DNA of 64,000 bases, taken from the NCBI GenBank assembly GCA_036655355.1, contig JAVVQG010000015.1:7406-71405 (forward strand), in the 5' to 3' direction. Within the stretch, counting starts at the first letter, position 1, and each line of letters begins with the position of its first letter. A model generated the notes under the pieces. The model did no database searches. It was not told where the DNA came from and saw only the letters and a list, made by a program, of their open reading frames with translations. This document shows, piece after piece, positions 9,986 to 20,700 of this stretch. Source of the stretch: Bacteroidales bacterium. Lineage in GTDB: Bacteria; Bacteroidota; Bacteroidia; Bacteroidales; JAUNSR01. A program made the position numbers and the translations under genes.

Positions 9986-12340
9986 TTAAAATTTAAACAG
10001 CTCCCCCTTTACATAGATTTTGTAATCTTTGATCATCTGAGGGGTATGCTGCTCTACGCGCGGAAGGTATTGGAATCCGGAGATCGCTTGCGATTCACCC
10101 AAATCCAATACGATGGTGTGCGGAAACGTATCTTTCTTGCCCGTACTCCAATAAGTGGATTCCTGAAGGTCGTAGATTTTATCCGCGGTTTTATTTCCGG
10201 AATGAATCTCTTCGCTACTGCAATAGACGATGTTCCATTTTTCGCGACTCAGACGTTCGCCGTTATCTCCCAACAAATACCATTCCGCTATCGATGCGGA
10301 TTCGTTTCCATCTTGAGCGCTCAAAGCTTCCAAACAAACGTAACGACCGGTGACCGATGCGTCAAACTTCACCTCCTGATAGCCGTCGCGACTGGCAAAA
10401 GAGCCGATTTTAACCGCCTTCTCTCCCATCAAGTCGAGGTTCTGTCCCTCTTTTCGATGGAGTTCCGGTTTCAATAAGTTTAATTGATCGACAATGTGCG
10501 TATCCAGTCCGGCTACAGAAGCCTCCTTCGGTCCGAGAATATCGAATACGATGATCTCATTTTTCCCTTTCTTCAGCCAACAACCCGGCATATATAAGGT
10601 TTGTTGGGGACCGATATCCCAAAAACGCCCCATCGCATAGCCATTCACATAAACAAGCCCTTTTCCCCAACCCGATAGATCGATGAACGTATCTCCGGTC
10701 TTTTTCAGGTTAAAAGTCGCCCGATAAAACCCGGCTCCCTTTTCCGAGCCGAGCGGAGCGTAATTTTTCTCCTTCACAAATGAATAATCGACAGGAAGAT
10801 TATATACTTTCCAGTTTTTCAAATCGATGCAAACATCGCTTCCGTTATCCAGGGCATAATTCAGCGTCACTTTGTCGGTGATTCCTTTAAAATCCTTTAT
10901 GGAGGTACCAAAGTTTACACGCCCCATCGCCTCCACCAATACATCGATCTTGTCACCTTTATTCAACGGGGGCATCACGAGGCTTTTTTCATTTACACGT
11001 CTGTCTACGGAACCCACTTTAACGCCGTTCACAAAAACCTGTACATAATCTTTCGGATCAAGAATCGTCATGACGCTCTTTTGTGAAATCTCCGGTGCAA
11101 CCGTAGAATAAAGGATAGAACCCCATCCCTGATCAAACTCCTCCATGCTCTTGATTTCAAAACTCTCTTTGGCCTGAGGCAGATTCGCGAACAACGGTGC
11201 ATACTCCGTAAAACGAACTTTCGGAAAAGTGATTACGGGAATCGGTTTCGGAATCGCGATCTGTTTTTCGCCGTTCATGTAACCGGCAAGCATGCTGCGT
11301 AATTCCATGTATTTCTCCGTTGCAATACCCGATTCGCTAATAGGCGCATCGTAGTCATACGAGGTAACATCGGGCGTGTAGGGCGGATTGTTGGCTCCTG
11401 CCCAATGTCCCCAAGTGGTACCGCCATGCGTCATGTAGAGCGAGAAGGAGATCTGACGGTCGAGCATCTCTTTCATACCGCTAATCATCGCCTTGCTGTT
11501 ACGGGTTTCGTGTTGACTACCCCAACGGTCAAACCAGCCACTCCAAAACTCGCTACACATCAGTGGTGAATCCGGTCTGGCTTCCTTCAATCGCTTAAAT
11601 TGCTCCTCAATATTTGCACCTGTCCCGAAATTAATCGTCCACAGCAGGTCATCCAGTCCATTGTTCATGAACGTAGAGCTCCAGTCACATTGAAAAAGAG
11701 CAACCTTATCAAACCCAACCTTACGCAGAATATCCCTTACCGCCATTACATAGGGTTTATTCTTGGCATATGCGCCGAACTCATTTTCAACCTGAACCAT
11801 AATAATCGGACCGCCCTTATCAATGGTCAGATCGGCGATTTCATTTGCCACCGCTTTTTCAAAGATTTCCACCCGTTCCATATAATACGGATCGAGATCC
11901 CTTAGCTTTATATCTTTCTTCTTGAGCAGCCACCAGGGAAGTCCCCCCATTTCCCACTCCGCACAGACGTAGGGACCGGGACGAACGATTACATACATTC
12001 CGTTCTTCTGTGATAGTTTGATAAACTCACGAAGATCATTGTTTTCGGTAAAGTCAAATTCATTTTCCTTCTGTTCATGGATATTCCAGAACACATATAA
12101 ACAAATCGTATTCATGCCCAACGCCTTACACATCTGAATACGGTGTTCCCAATAGGCACGGGGAATACGGGGATAGTGCAATTCGGCAGCTTTCACGATA
12201 AACGGTTTTCCGTTTATCGTGAACGTACCCTTACCGATCTCAAATGTCTCTGTTTTTGGTGCGGCTGCGGTAACCGGTTTTACGATTAACGGCATCATCA
12301 CAGCAAAAACCGTAAAAATGATCTTCAGAAAATCTCGCAT
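9986..12340 (-). CDS. GH35 beta-galactosidase with C-terminal discoidin (F5/8 type C)-like domain
   Basis: 784-aa ORF with a signal peptide, GH35 hallmark IIMVQVENEFG, and a C-terminal ~150 aa resembling a carbohydrate-binding discoidin domain. Confidence 0.85.
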   Translation of the reverse strand: MRDFLKIIFTVFAVMMPLIVKPVTAAAPKTETFEIGKGTFTINGKPFIVKAAELHYPRIPRAYWEHRIQMCKALGMNTICLYVFWNIHEQKENEFDFTENNDLREFIKLSQKNGMYVIVRPGPYVCAEWEMGGLPWWLLKKKDIKLRDLDPYYMERVEIFEKAVANEIADLTIDKGGPIIMVQVENEFGAYAKNKPYVMAVRDILRKVGFDKVALFQCDWSSTFMNNGLDDLLWTINFGTGANIEEQFKRLKEARPDSPLMCSEFWSGWFDRWGSQHETRNSKAMISGMKEMLDRQISFSLYMTHGGTTWGHWAGANNPPYTPDVTSYDYDAPISESGIATEKYMELRSMLAGYMNGEKQIAIPKPIPVITFPKVRFTEYAPLFANLPQAKESFEIKSMEEFDQGWGSILYSTVAPEISQKSVMTILDPKDYVQVFVNGVKVGSVDRRVNEKSLVMPPLNKGDKIDVLVEAMGRVNFGTSIKDFKGITDKVTLNYALDNGSDVCIDLKNWKVYNLPVDYSFVKEKNYAPLGSEKGAGFYRATFNLKKTGDTFIDLSGWGKGLVYVNGYAMGRFWDIGPQQTLYMPGCWLKKGKNEIIVFDILGPKEASVAGLDTHIVDQLNLLKPELHRKEGQNLDLMGEKAVKIGSFASRDGYQEVKFDASVTGRYVCLEALSAQDGNESASIAEWYLLGDNGERLSREKWNIVYCSSEEIHSGNKTADKIYDLQESTYWSTGKKDTFPHTIVLDLGESQAISGFQYLPRVEQHTPQMIKDYKIYVKGELFKF

Positions 12341-12367
12341 TTCAAAGTTGTTTTTTATTGATTAGTA

Positions 12368-14605
12368 TTAGATGCAATCTACAGTCTGGTTCTCTTTCAT
12401 TTCAAAAATCTTCACCTCTTCCGATCCCGGGAGCTGAATGCGGAGCATTCCGCCTTTCTCAGCATGAACGGTTGCTTTTATCAGCCGTCCCTCTTTCAAC
12501 TCTGCTGATACGACAAATGCTCCGATCGCCCGCAAATTGGTGAATGACACGTTTTCCCAAGAAGCCGGAATTGCGGGGAATAAGCGCACAACGCCATCGT
12601 GACTCTGCAGCAACATTTCCTGAATACCTGCAGCAAAAGCAAAGTTTCCTTCGAGTGTGAACGGTCGGTATTGAAAATTAGATTTCCCACTTTTCGTCTG
12701 GTCGCCATTCACATGGAACGTATTCGGGAGACAGAAACAGGTTGCAAACGTGCGCAGGTATTCGGCGGCTCCTTCACCATCGCGCATTCTGGCTTTCATA
12801 TTGCCAAACCAGCTGTAGGAGTAGCCACACCACCAATCCGGACCCACTTTCTCCATTTTGTCGAGCGTGGCCTTTATTATTTTTTGAGAAGATTCTCCGT
12901 CACTCCAATTTATCAACCCTAGCGGATGTATCGCCATGGCATGGGAGAAATGTCGATGAGACTGTTCATACGGAAAACCTTTTGCAAAGGTTAATGCACC
13001 GTCGGCATCCACATCGAATGACGGTAATTCCTCCTCTATCTGTTTCCAATGAGCAGCTTCCCGTGGTAGGTTCAAATCCGAAGCCAACTCCGATGCAGCC
13101 TTAAACGCGAAGGTTATCAGCGACAGGTCATAGTTGGTTATCGTCCGAAACCAGGCCTTTAATGAGTTGTCGAAAATCTCGGGACTTGAACTGATATCCA
13201 GGGTACGTTGTCCCTCTTTTACAACTGTGATCTGTTCCAGGAACACAGCTACGTTTTTAATGAATGGGTACGCTTTCTCTTTCAGGAATTGACGGTCTGC
13301 CGAATATTTATAATGCAGATAGAAATGTTGTGCCAACCAAGCCCCCACGGTGGGTGACAACGAATATTGAATCCAACCGGCCATCGGTTCTCCGGTCAAT
13401 GTACAAACACCGGGTACTGCGATTCCCTCCTTCTCGAAAAATTGGGAAGTATAACGTTTATAGCTCTCCTGTTGATTCCAAAGCGTATTTAAATAACCCA
13501 ACCCTTGAGTTAATTGATTCCCTGTATAGGCAGGCCAATAGCTTAATTGGGTATTTAGATCGTGATGATAATCGCCTTTCCAAGGTGGTAGTTTCCCGTT
13601 GTCGGCCGTCCATACCGACTGCAAGGAGATTGGATAGGAATTTTCACGGGTAGCCGAACCGAATTTATACATCTCATTATCATATTGACGCTGCAAGATA
13701 GGATCCGGTATGTGAACCGAAGATTGGTTCCAATAGGCGTTCCAAAATCCTTGATGTTCCGTATAATCGGCCCGTATGCCGCGGTGCATCGCCTTATTCA
13801 CCTCTTCAATCGCTTCCCCCTTTTTTCGATCGGACGTTATGCTCCAGGAACCGTATAGTTTATCGCCTTGTTTTTGCCAAGAAACCACTACATCATAATA
13901 AAAATCGCCGTGCCCTTTCTGATGATAAACGAGGGTTTGGTTCTCCTTTGTGACCGTGCCCTGCTGATAGCCGAGTCTTTGAAGATCCTGCCCCGTTACC
14001 GGATCTGAGGCGGAACCTTCCGAGCCGCTGTATCGAGGAGAAACTAACTGAGGAATCAAACGCGCCATCGCTCCATCGGAAAGGTTCTCAAAAAGAAACC
14101 ATCCCACGGGCTTCGTTGCATGAACAAAGGTCTGTAGCTGGGTACCGTTCTTCCATTTTACCTCACAAAGGGCATTCTTCAGGTACAAACGTACGGCCAT
14201 CGGCTCACCGAAAGAGGTTATCGGAAATTCAAGTGCGGCCCCCGGTATCTTTGAAGGGGCAGCCGACTGATCATACGGCCAATCGAATTTTTTCTGAACC
14301 GGCAAATAATCGCTCTTCTCTACTTGACTCCGTACCCAATCGTACTTGTAATTCGGTCCGCTAAGACTATCTATCGAACGTAGGTCCCATAAATCCGTTC
14401 GATCTAACGAAAGACGCAACATACTGTCTTTCTGCCATACCAAAGCTCCGATAACCGCATTTCCCAAAGGAATGCCTTCATCCCAACTCCGACTCAGCGA
14501 TTGAAACTGTAAATCACTCTCAGAAGGCGAAATTTTTAACTTAATATCTTTACTACAACTAACAAAAAAGAGGAATCCCAAGAAAGGTAAGATGTGTTTA
14601 TTCAT
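12368..14605 (-). CDS. GH95-like glycoside hydrolase (alpha-L-fucosidase-type) lipoprotein
   Basis: 745-aa ORF with lipoprotein signal LFFVSCSK. It has motifs WKGDYHHDLNTQLSYWP and PFTLEGNFAFAAGIQEMLLQS, which resemble the conserved GH95 core. Confidence 0.65.
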   Translation of the reverse strand: MNKHILPFLGFLFFVSCSKDIKLKISPSESDLQFQSLSRSWDEGIPLGNAVIGALVWQKDSMLRLSLDRTDLWDLRSIDSLSGPNYKYDWVRSQVEKSDYLPVQKKFDWPYDQSAAPSKIPGAALEFPITSFGEPMAVRLYLKNALCEVKWKNGTQLQTFVHATKPVGWFLFENLSDGAMARLIPQLVSPRYSGSEGSASDPVTGQDLQRLGYQQGTVTKENQTLVYHQKGHGDFYYDVVVSWQKQGDKLYGSWSITSDRKKGEAIEEVNKAMHRGIRADYTEHQGFWNAYWNQSSVHIPDPILQRQYDNEMYKFGSATRENSYPISLQSVWTADNGKLPPWKGDYHHDLNTQLSYWPAYTGNQLTQGLGYLNTLWNQQESYKRYTSQFFEKEGIAVPGVCTLTGEPMAGWIQYSLSPTVGAWLAQHFYLHYKYSADRQFLKEKAYPFIKNVAVFLEQITVVKEGQRTLDISSSPEIFDNSLKAWFRTITNYDLSLITFAFKAASELASDLNLPREAAHWKQIEEELPSFDVDADGALTFAKGFPYEQSHRHFSHAMAIHPLGLINWSDGESSQKIIKATLDKMEKVGPDWWCGYSYSWFGNMKARMRDGEGAAEYLRTFATCFCLPNTFHVNGDQTKSGKSNFQYRPFTLEGNFAFAAGIQEMLLQSHDGVVRLFPAIPASWENVSFTNLRAIGAFVVSAELKEGRLIKATVHAEKGGMLRIQLPGSEEVKIFEMKENQTVDCI

Positions 14606-14635
14606 AATTAGATTTTTGGCCTACAACATAGAGGG

Positions 14636-14643
14636 CAAAAATA
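14636..14643 (-). promoter_or_regulatory. Candidate -7 promoter box (TAnnTTTG) for the GH95-like gene
   Basis: Minus strand reads TATTTTTG, about 31 nt upstream of the ATG at 14605. Confidence 0.45.
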
Positions 14644-14774
14644 AACAATACATTCTTTAATGTATAATTTTATCAAAATATTTATAACTAATACCCAGTG
14701 CATCAATTAAAAAATACGTCCATCGAATCACTTTTACCTAAATAATTCTCTATCCCAACCGGAAAGGAAGAAAA

Positions 14775-14823
14775 TAAAAAACCCTCTTTGCGCAACTCCG
14801 AATAAGCGGAGTGACAAAGAGGG
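14775..14823 (-). terminator. Intrinsic terminator downstream of the M28 peptidase gene
   Basis: 9-bp stem ccctctttg/caaagaggg (14782..14790 and 14815..14823) with an inner ctccg/cggag hairpin. A T-run follows on the minus strand. Confidence 0.7.
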
Positions 14824-14829
14824 ACTTTC

Positions 14830-15837
14830 TTAATATTCGCAATTAGCGAGATTCCAGATATTCAGACAAGCCGAACGGGCGATATCCACCATCTTCGGAT
14901 AATTGATCTTATCGGCATGATCTCCCGGCTGATGATAATCGGGGTGCGCATCGGTATGATACCAGATGATCGGAATATTTCGTTTCGCGAAAGAAGCATT
15001 GTCGCTTCCCCCTACCGGTTTATCCCACGGACGGAAATCGGGTTTCAAGTCCAAGTCATACGGCTTGATCTGATTCTTCATCCAGTCGCCGAAAACCGCA
15101 TTGGCTTCGGTATAGAAATAGCGGAACAAGGCAGGATTATTCTCATCCGTATTGCGTCCGATCATATCGAAATTCAGATATCCGCGAATATTATCCACGA
15201 TATCACAATCACGTACAAAGCGTTCCGAGCCGAGCAAACCACGTTCCTCACCATCCCAAAGAGCGAAAATGATCGTACGTTTCGGTTTCTTTCCCTTCTC
15301 ACGGATCGCACGTGCAATCTGAAGTACCGCACTCACGCCGGATGCGTTATCATCCGCTCCGTTATAGATTGAATCGCCATTCACGGCCAAACCGATACCA
15401 AGATGGTCGTAATGCGAACCGATCACCACATATTCGTCGCGATTCTCCCCTTCGATCATACCGATCACGTTTTGCAGGTGCAATTCGCGAACCCCTTCCG
15501 AACGGCGCTTTTCAATCTCTTCCGGCTCCGTCACATACAACGCGCGTTTCCCTTCGCGTGGAATTACCAACGCATCGAACGGGTGATAATAACTCTCGCC
15601 GTAAGCAGGAATACCGTACTCCTTGAATTGCGATACGATGTATTCGGCTGCAATACGGTTCTCGGGAGATCCCGCATCACGCCCTTTTAATAAGTCGGAA
15701 GCTAGAAATGTGATGTGCGCTTCGGCTGTCGTTTGATTGATGGTCTCAACTTTTTTCCCAAAGTCATTTTGTGCGAAAAGTGAAAGTGACGCGAAAAGAG
15801 CGAACGGTAAAATGGAATAAGTCTTCAAATTCAACAA
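14830..15837 (-). CDS. M28 family metallopeptidase
   Basis: 335-aa ORF with a signal peptide and metal-ligand contexts HYDHLG, GADDNASG and DGEERGLLGS. Confidence 0.85.
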   Translation of the reverse strand: MLNLKTYSILPFALFASLSLFAQNDFGKKVETINQTTAEAHITFLASDLLKGRDAGSPENRIAAEYIVSQFKEYGIPAYGESYYHPFDALVIPREGKRALYVTEPEEIEKRRSEGVRELHLQNVIGMIEGENRDEYVVIGSHYDHLGIGLAVNGDSIYNGADDNASGVSAVLQIARAIREKGKKPKRTIIFALWDGEERGLLGSERFVRDCDIVDNIRGYLNFDMIGRNTDENNPALFRYFYTEANAVFGDWMKNQIKPYDLDLKPDFRPWDKPVGGSDNASFAKRNIPIIWYHTDAHPDYHQPGDHADKINYPKMVDIARSACLNIWNLANCEY

Positions 15838-15853
15838 GATTTAGGTGATGAAC

Positions 15854-15885
15854 AAAAAAATGGCACGGATCAAAGAGCCGTGCCA
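15854..15885 (-). terminator. Intrinsic terminator downstream of ispF
   Basis: 8-bp stem tggcacgg/ccgtgcca (15861..15868 and 15878..15885). It is followed on the minus strand by TTTTTTT. Confidence 0.75.
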
Positions 15886-15897
15886 AATATAGTAAAA

Positions 15898-16380
15898 TTA
15901 ATTTCCTTTCTGAATCAATACCGACGCGTATGCCGATATACCCTCTTCGCGCCCGGTAAATCCGAGCTTTTCGGTGGTGGTGGCCTTAATGGAGATATCC
16001 TCGACGTCAATCTGCATCACCTCAGCCAACACCCGCTGCATCTCGGGAATATGCGCTTTCAGTTTCGGCCTTTCAGCAGCTATCGTAATGTCGGCATTGC
16101 CAAACTCATACCCTTTCGCACGAATCAGTTCCATCGTACGGGCCAGCAGGATTTTGCTGTCGATGTTCTTGAACTCGCCCGCGGTATCCGGAAAGTGGTA
16201 TCCGATATCGCGCATATTCGCCGCTCCCAAGAGCGCATCGCACAAAGCATGGATCAATACGTCGGCATCCGAATGACCGAGCAACCCCATGGTGTGTTCC
16301 AATCTGATTCCGCCGAGCCAAAGCTCGCGTCCCTCCACCAAACGGTGGACATCAAAGCCGAATCCGGTTCTTATCTTCAT
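15898..16380 (-). CDS. ispF: 2-C-methyl-D-erythritol 2,4-cyclodiphosphate synthase
   Basis: The ORF track starts at 16416, which would overlap the porV stop. The internal Met giving MKIRTGFGFDVHRL matches the canonical IspF N-terminus. GHSDADVLIHA is present. Confidence 0.9.
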   Translation of the reverse strand: MKIRTGFGFDVHRLVEGRELWLGGIRLEHTMGLLGHSDADVLIHALCDALLGAANMRDIGYHFPDTAGEFKNIDSKILLARTMELIRAKGYEFGNADITIAAERPKLKAHIPEMQRVLAEVMQIDVEDISIKATTTEKLGFTGREEGISAYASVLIQKGN

Positions 16381-16399
16381 ATATTTATCTGTATAACGT

Positions 16400-17617
16400 T
16401 TATCTTCTTCTGCCATAGCCCACCATATCCCGCAGTCCGTCCATGTCGAACGATAGCGTAAAGCGCAGGGTCTGATCCAACGGGCTCGATTGCGCGGTAG
16501 AGATCACATAGGCTGCATCCAGGCGAAACACATTCAACGCGAATCCCGCGCCCATCGTGAAATATTTACGGTTTCCCTTGTTCTGGCTCTCGTGAAAATA
16601 TCCTCCGCGTACAAAAAACTGATCGTTGTAGCTGTATTCGGCCCCGATCGAAATGTTGATCTCTTTTAGTTCCTCTTCGAACCCTCCGGGAGCATCCGAA
16701 AACGATTTGAAAATACCGGAGATCGACGAAGTGGCGTAATATCGCTCCAATGCATCCTGATATTCCGCTTCATTATAGGATCCGTCTTCATTCACGTACT
16801 GACCCGCAAGCGGACGCGTAGGCACCAATAGCTTGTTCAAGTCGAGGCTGACAGACATCCGGTTGTAATCGTCAAGCGGAAACAACAGGGTGGTTCCCAC
16901 TTTCAGGTTGGTCGGAAGAAACGCTGAGGTAGCGCCTCCGTCGTACGAAACCTTAGACCCCACATTGGAGATGTTGTAACCGAAAGACCATTGGCATTCG
17001 CTTCGTCCGATAATCGGATAACGGGTTAGATATCCTGCGATATCGGCCGCAAAAGCATTTCCGGCAGTGATATCTTCCTCTGAACTGTATGCCAGATTGG
17101 AGTAGATATAGCGAAACACCACCCCCATGGAGTAGGAGTCGGAGAGTTTACGCGAATACCCCAGATCCACCGCCATCTCATACGGATTGATCGCATCGGT
17201 CACATCGTTATTCTCATTGGTAATGTTAATCTCCCCAAGCGAGAAATAACGCATGGAAGCACTGATGGCCTGCATATCATTCTGTCCCACTTTCCAATAA
17301 CCGGCCAGATACGCCAGGTTGATATCGCTTACCAATTTACGAAGCCAAGGCGTGTAGGAAAGCGACGCACCCGCACGACTGTAGGCGAAGGCATATTTGG
17401 CGGGATTCCAATATTGTGAATTCACATCCGGATCGGTAGCGGCACCGATGTCACCCATACCGCCTCCCCTTGCATCGGGAGCGATATTGAGGGAGTTGAC
17501 TCCTGTCTGCACAGGATTAAAGAGCTCGCCTTTCAGATCGTCGCTTTGTGCGAAAAGGGGCAAACCCAAAGCACATGCAGCCAGAACCGTAGTAAATCTA
17601 CCAAATCTTATTCTCAT
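16400..17617 (-). CDS. porV: T9SS outer-membrane shuttle protein PorV (LptO)
   Basis: 405-aa ORF with a signal peptide and the N-terminal block NIAPDARGGGMGDIGAATDPDVNSQYWNPAKYAF characteristic of PorV. It lies directly downstream of porU. Confidence 0.85.
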   Translation of the reverse strand: MRIRFGRFTTVLAACALGLPLFAQSDDLKGELFNPVQTGVNSLNIAPDARGGGMGDIGAATDPDVNSQYWNPAKYAFAYSRAGASLSYTPWLRKLVSDINLAYLAGYWKVGQNDMQAISASMRYFSLGEINITNENNDVTDAINPYEMAVDLGYSRKLSDSYSMGVVFRYIYSNLAYSSEEDITAGNAFAADIAGYLTRYPIIGRSECQWSFGYNISNVGSKVSYDGGATSAFLPTNLKVGTTLLFPLDDYNRMSVSLDLNKLLVPTRPLAGQYVNEDGSYNEAEYQDALERYYATSSISGIFKSFSDAPGGFEEELKEINISIGAEYSYNDQFFVRGGYFHESQNKGNRKYFTMGAGFALNVFRLDAAYVISTAQSSPLDQTLRFTLSFDMDGLRDMVGYGRRR

Positions 17618-17730
17618 CTGCTAATATCTATTTTTTTCATTAAGACCAAAGAGAGGGGCCCTCCGGCCGAACAGGCTCTGAGGTACAGTAATAACTGTTT
17701 TTATATCAAATTATTGTATCCGAAAGGCGA

Positions 17731-20700
17731 TTATCGTCCCAGAACGATCAGCTTGCGACTTTTCGTGGTAAAATGCTCACCGTTGTCGGATATCGCGGCG
17801 CGATAGATGTAAATACCGGGCTGTACGCGACCGCCGCTTCTCGCCTCGAGGTTCCAAGTGATCGGAAACTCGCTCATAAACTCAGAAGAACCGGTGAGTT
17901 GTTCCTCCCAGACACATTGTCCCATCTGCGTATAAACCTGCAACCTTACGTGAAGTGAGGCTTCGGGACGGTTATGCGAAAGCAGAAACCGCACCTGTTC
18001 ACGGGCCGGATTCCGGTCGGCGCGAAGATCAAACAGCTCCGGTTTGACATCGTTTTTCACAACGAATGTGATGGTCTCGCTCCGTGAATTGTTGTACACG
18101 TCCCACACTTTCAGCTCCAGGGAGTAGGCACCCTCCGGAAGTGTCGGAATGCTGAACTGTACGCTACCCTTTCCGGTCTCGCCGGTCTGATTCACAAAAT
18201 AGTCGTTCAGGATATAACGTTGCGTTACTCCGTTTCCGGTGATGGTAGCCGTCAAGTCGTGACCGATGCCGTTGCCGGAGGTATTGATACCCGATTCATC
18301 GGCAATGAATGCCACCAGATAGGGAGTCGGATTCACGACATCGCCGTTGCGGAAAAATTGCGAATTGAGATAAAGCGCGGTAATCGCCGGGGGTGTGGTA
18401 TCTGCCGCGACATCTCCTTCTGTACCGCCCAACAGGTAATTGTCAAAATAACCCTGCGCCTCGTTATTCCGTTCGTCCACCGCATAGAGGTTCACCATGC
18501 CCGATTCCATCGAGTAACTGATGTCTTTGGGAACGATGAAGGAGAACTCGAACTCCCCGTGCCGAACCGAGTCGCGACCGGCAAACAACCTACGCGAACG
18601 ATCGCGGAATACGAAAGGGCGATCCGTTTTATCATTATCGACTGCGGTGACCGTCTCTTCACAGTCGAACACCGTAGGCATCACGATACCCGTAAAATCG
18701 GCATCCGTTTCCTCCGATCCCGTTTTCAGAACGCGACCTTTCATGGTAACGCGACTTAATGCTTTCAACAATACCGGCTCGCCGGTAACCGGTTGTCCAT
18801 TGATTTCCGTCAACTCCATCTCTTGTTCGGGGTACGCCATCTTCATCGACGGATCACCCAGCAACACGAAATTGAGCTTATTGGCATCGGTGCCCAATGC
18901 ACATTTGGCGATTTTCATGATATCGCCGATCGCATAACGTGTTCCGTCGGCATGTTTCGTGAATATATTCTCGATCAAATGGTGGTTGATCCGCAGGTTG
19001 CCGTTCGAATAAACCACGCGGGTGGTGGTAAACATGGCGATAGCCCCCCCGTTGGGGTTCAGCAGCAAAGCCTCTCCGGCCGAAGTCTCGGGATGATCGA
19101 AGCGGCTGAAATCGCAGGTCGCCGTCACCCATACCGGAAGTCGTTTCATCGTGATGCTCTCGGCATCCGAAAGCTTGAATATCTTTTCGTGCGTCAAAGA
19201 GGTCGTTGCCCCGTGACCCGAATAATTGACCAGCAGCGACCCCGCCTGCAACTGATCGAAGAACCGTTTCCGCACATCCGGATAGGCGGTACCGGAACTG
19301 GTAATCTCCCGCTTATATGCATCCAAGTAGATCTTATTGAAAACAAACTGGTGCAACCCTTTATCCTGAATGATCGTTGCCATGGAATCGGCATGCTTCA
19401 TGTGGATGTTGTTATCGCCGTCGTCACCCAACAAGGTGATCTGATTCTTCCAACTGCCCGTTGTCTTATTTCCGGAATAAGCGATCACTTTATCCACTAC
19501 CGTTTTAGCCTGTGCAAGGGTACGCACCGGAAAACGGCCGATCCCCACATCCACCTTATCGGATGCAAGGGTGAGATACCCCAAGGCATCGCGCTTGCCA
19601 CCCTCACCGTCATCGAGAAATCCGAAATAATCGTCGCAGACATAAGATTCCGTTTCATTCAACGTCAGTTCTGATTGATAGGTGATGATGTTATGCTGCA
19701 CCGCCGCAGGTTTCCACAAGGCGGTATTCATGGAGCGGTTATCGTAAGAGCCGTCACCGAAAAGCAAAAGGTATCGCGGAGGGGTACCCGCTTGCTCGCT
19801 CCGGTCATAAAACTGCTTCATAAAGAGCCGAATTGCCGTAGCATCGGGCGTTCCGGATGAAAATTCATTGTAAATAGCTTCGGGATGCACCACCGTCACG
19901 TGTAATCCGTCGCGCTCACGGCGGTAAGAGGCGAGTCGCTCCGCCTCACTTTTTAGTCCCGGCTGCACCACGATCACCAGATCCGTTTGCGGCAGCGCGT
20001 GCAGGTTTTGGTTATTCACGCGTCCCAGAGCGCTCACCGAAGGGAACGTCTCTTCCGTACACACCAGCGCATATTCTCGCAATCCGTTGAGCGAGGGCAC
20101 GAACGATGCCGTCTGATCGTTACCCATCGAGAGTTCCTGTTGCAGGATATCCGTCGGGTGCGTCACATCCCACACCTGCATCGAGGCGTTGACACCCGAC
20201 AAGTTGAAGCGGACCCGTTTCTGCGCCGCCTCGACACTTCTGAAAAGCAAGTAGTTACCCTGAGGCGCGAGCGAACGTTTCATGTTCAGACGCACATAAT
20301 TCAGAAACGCCAGTGAAGCGGTTCCCCCTCCCGGATTGTAGGTCAATCGCACGGTAGTAGTTGCATTTCCGTCCGGAGTCCAAGCGGTGATGCTCTTCAT
20401 TTCCTGTGCCTGCTGATACTTATCGGAGCCGATCGCGGAGATGGAAGCCGACCGGATCTCTTTTCCGTTGATCTGCTGGGTGAGTGTGGAAACCGCACTG
20501 TTCTTCGCAATGAAGTTAACGGTGAGTTTACCGGGATCGGTCGTGATTCCGGGCAATGAGAATTTAAAATCACGTGTCCGCGTATAGAGAAAAGATTCGC
20601 CGTACATTTCGCGTCCGGTTCCTCCCACATTCTCTAAATCCGTTTCATGCAACGCATAATCGTCGAAAGCGGTCAAATCCACCTCCGCTCCCGAGCCCTG

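Noticed and set aside
16381-16416. Longer ispF start (MAEEDKRYTDKY...).
   Set aside because: It would overlap the porV stop. The canonical IspF N-terminus begins at the internal Met (MKIRTGFGFDVHR).
18793-19674. Long antisense ORFs inside large genes. Examples are 416..1069, 18793..19674, 25076..26140, 26529..27353, 45552..46536 and 53286..53924.
   Set aside because: Each lies fully within a well-supported gene on the opposite strand. Their composition is Arg/Ser/His-rich and low-complexity, and they have no recognisable motifs. They are typical shadow ORFs.
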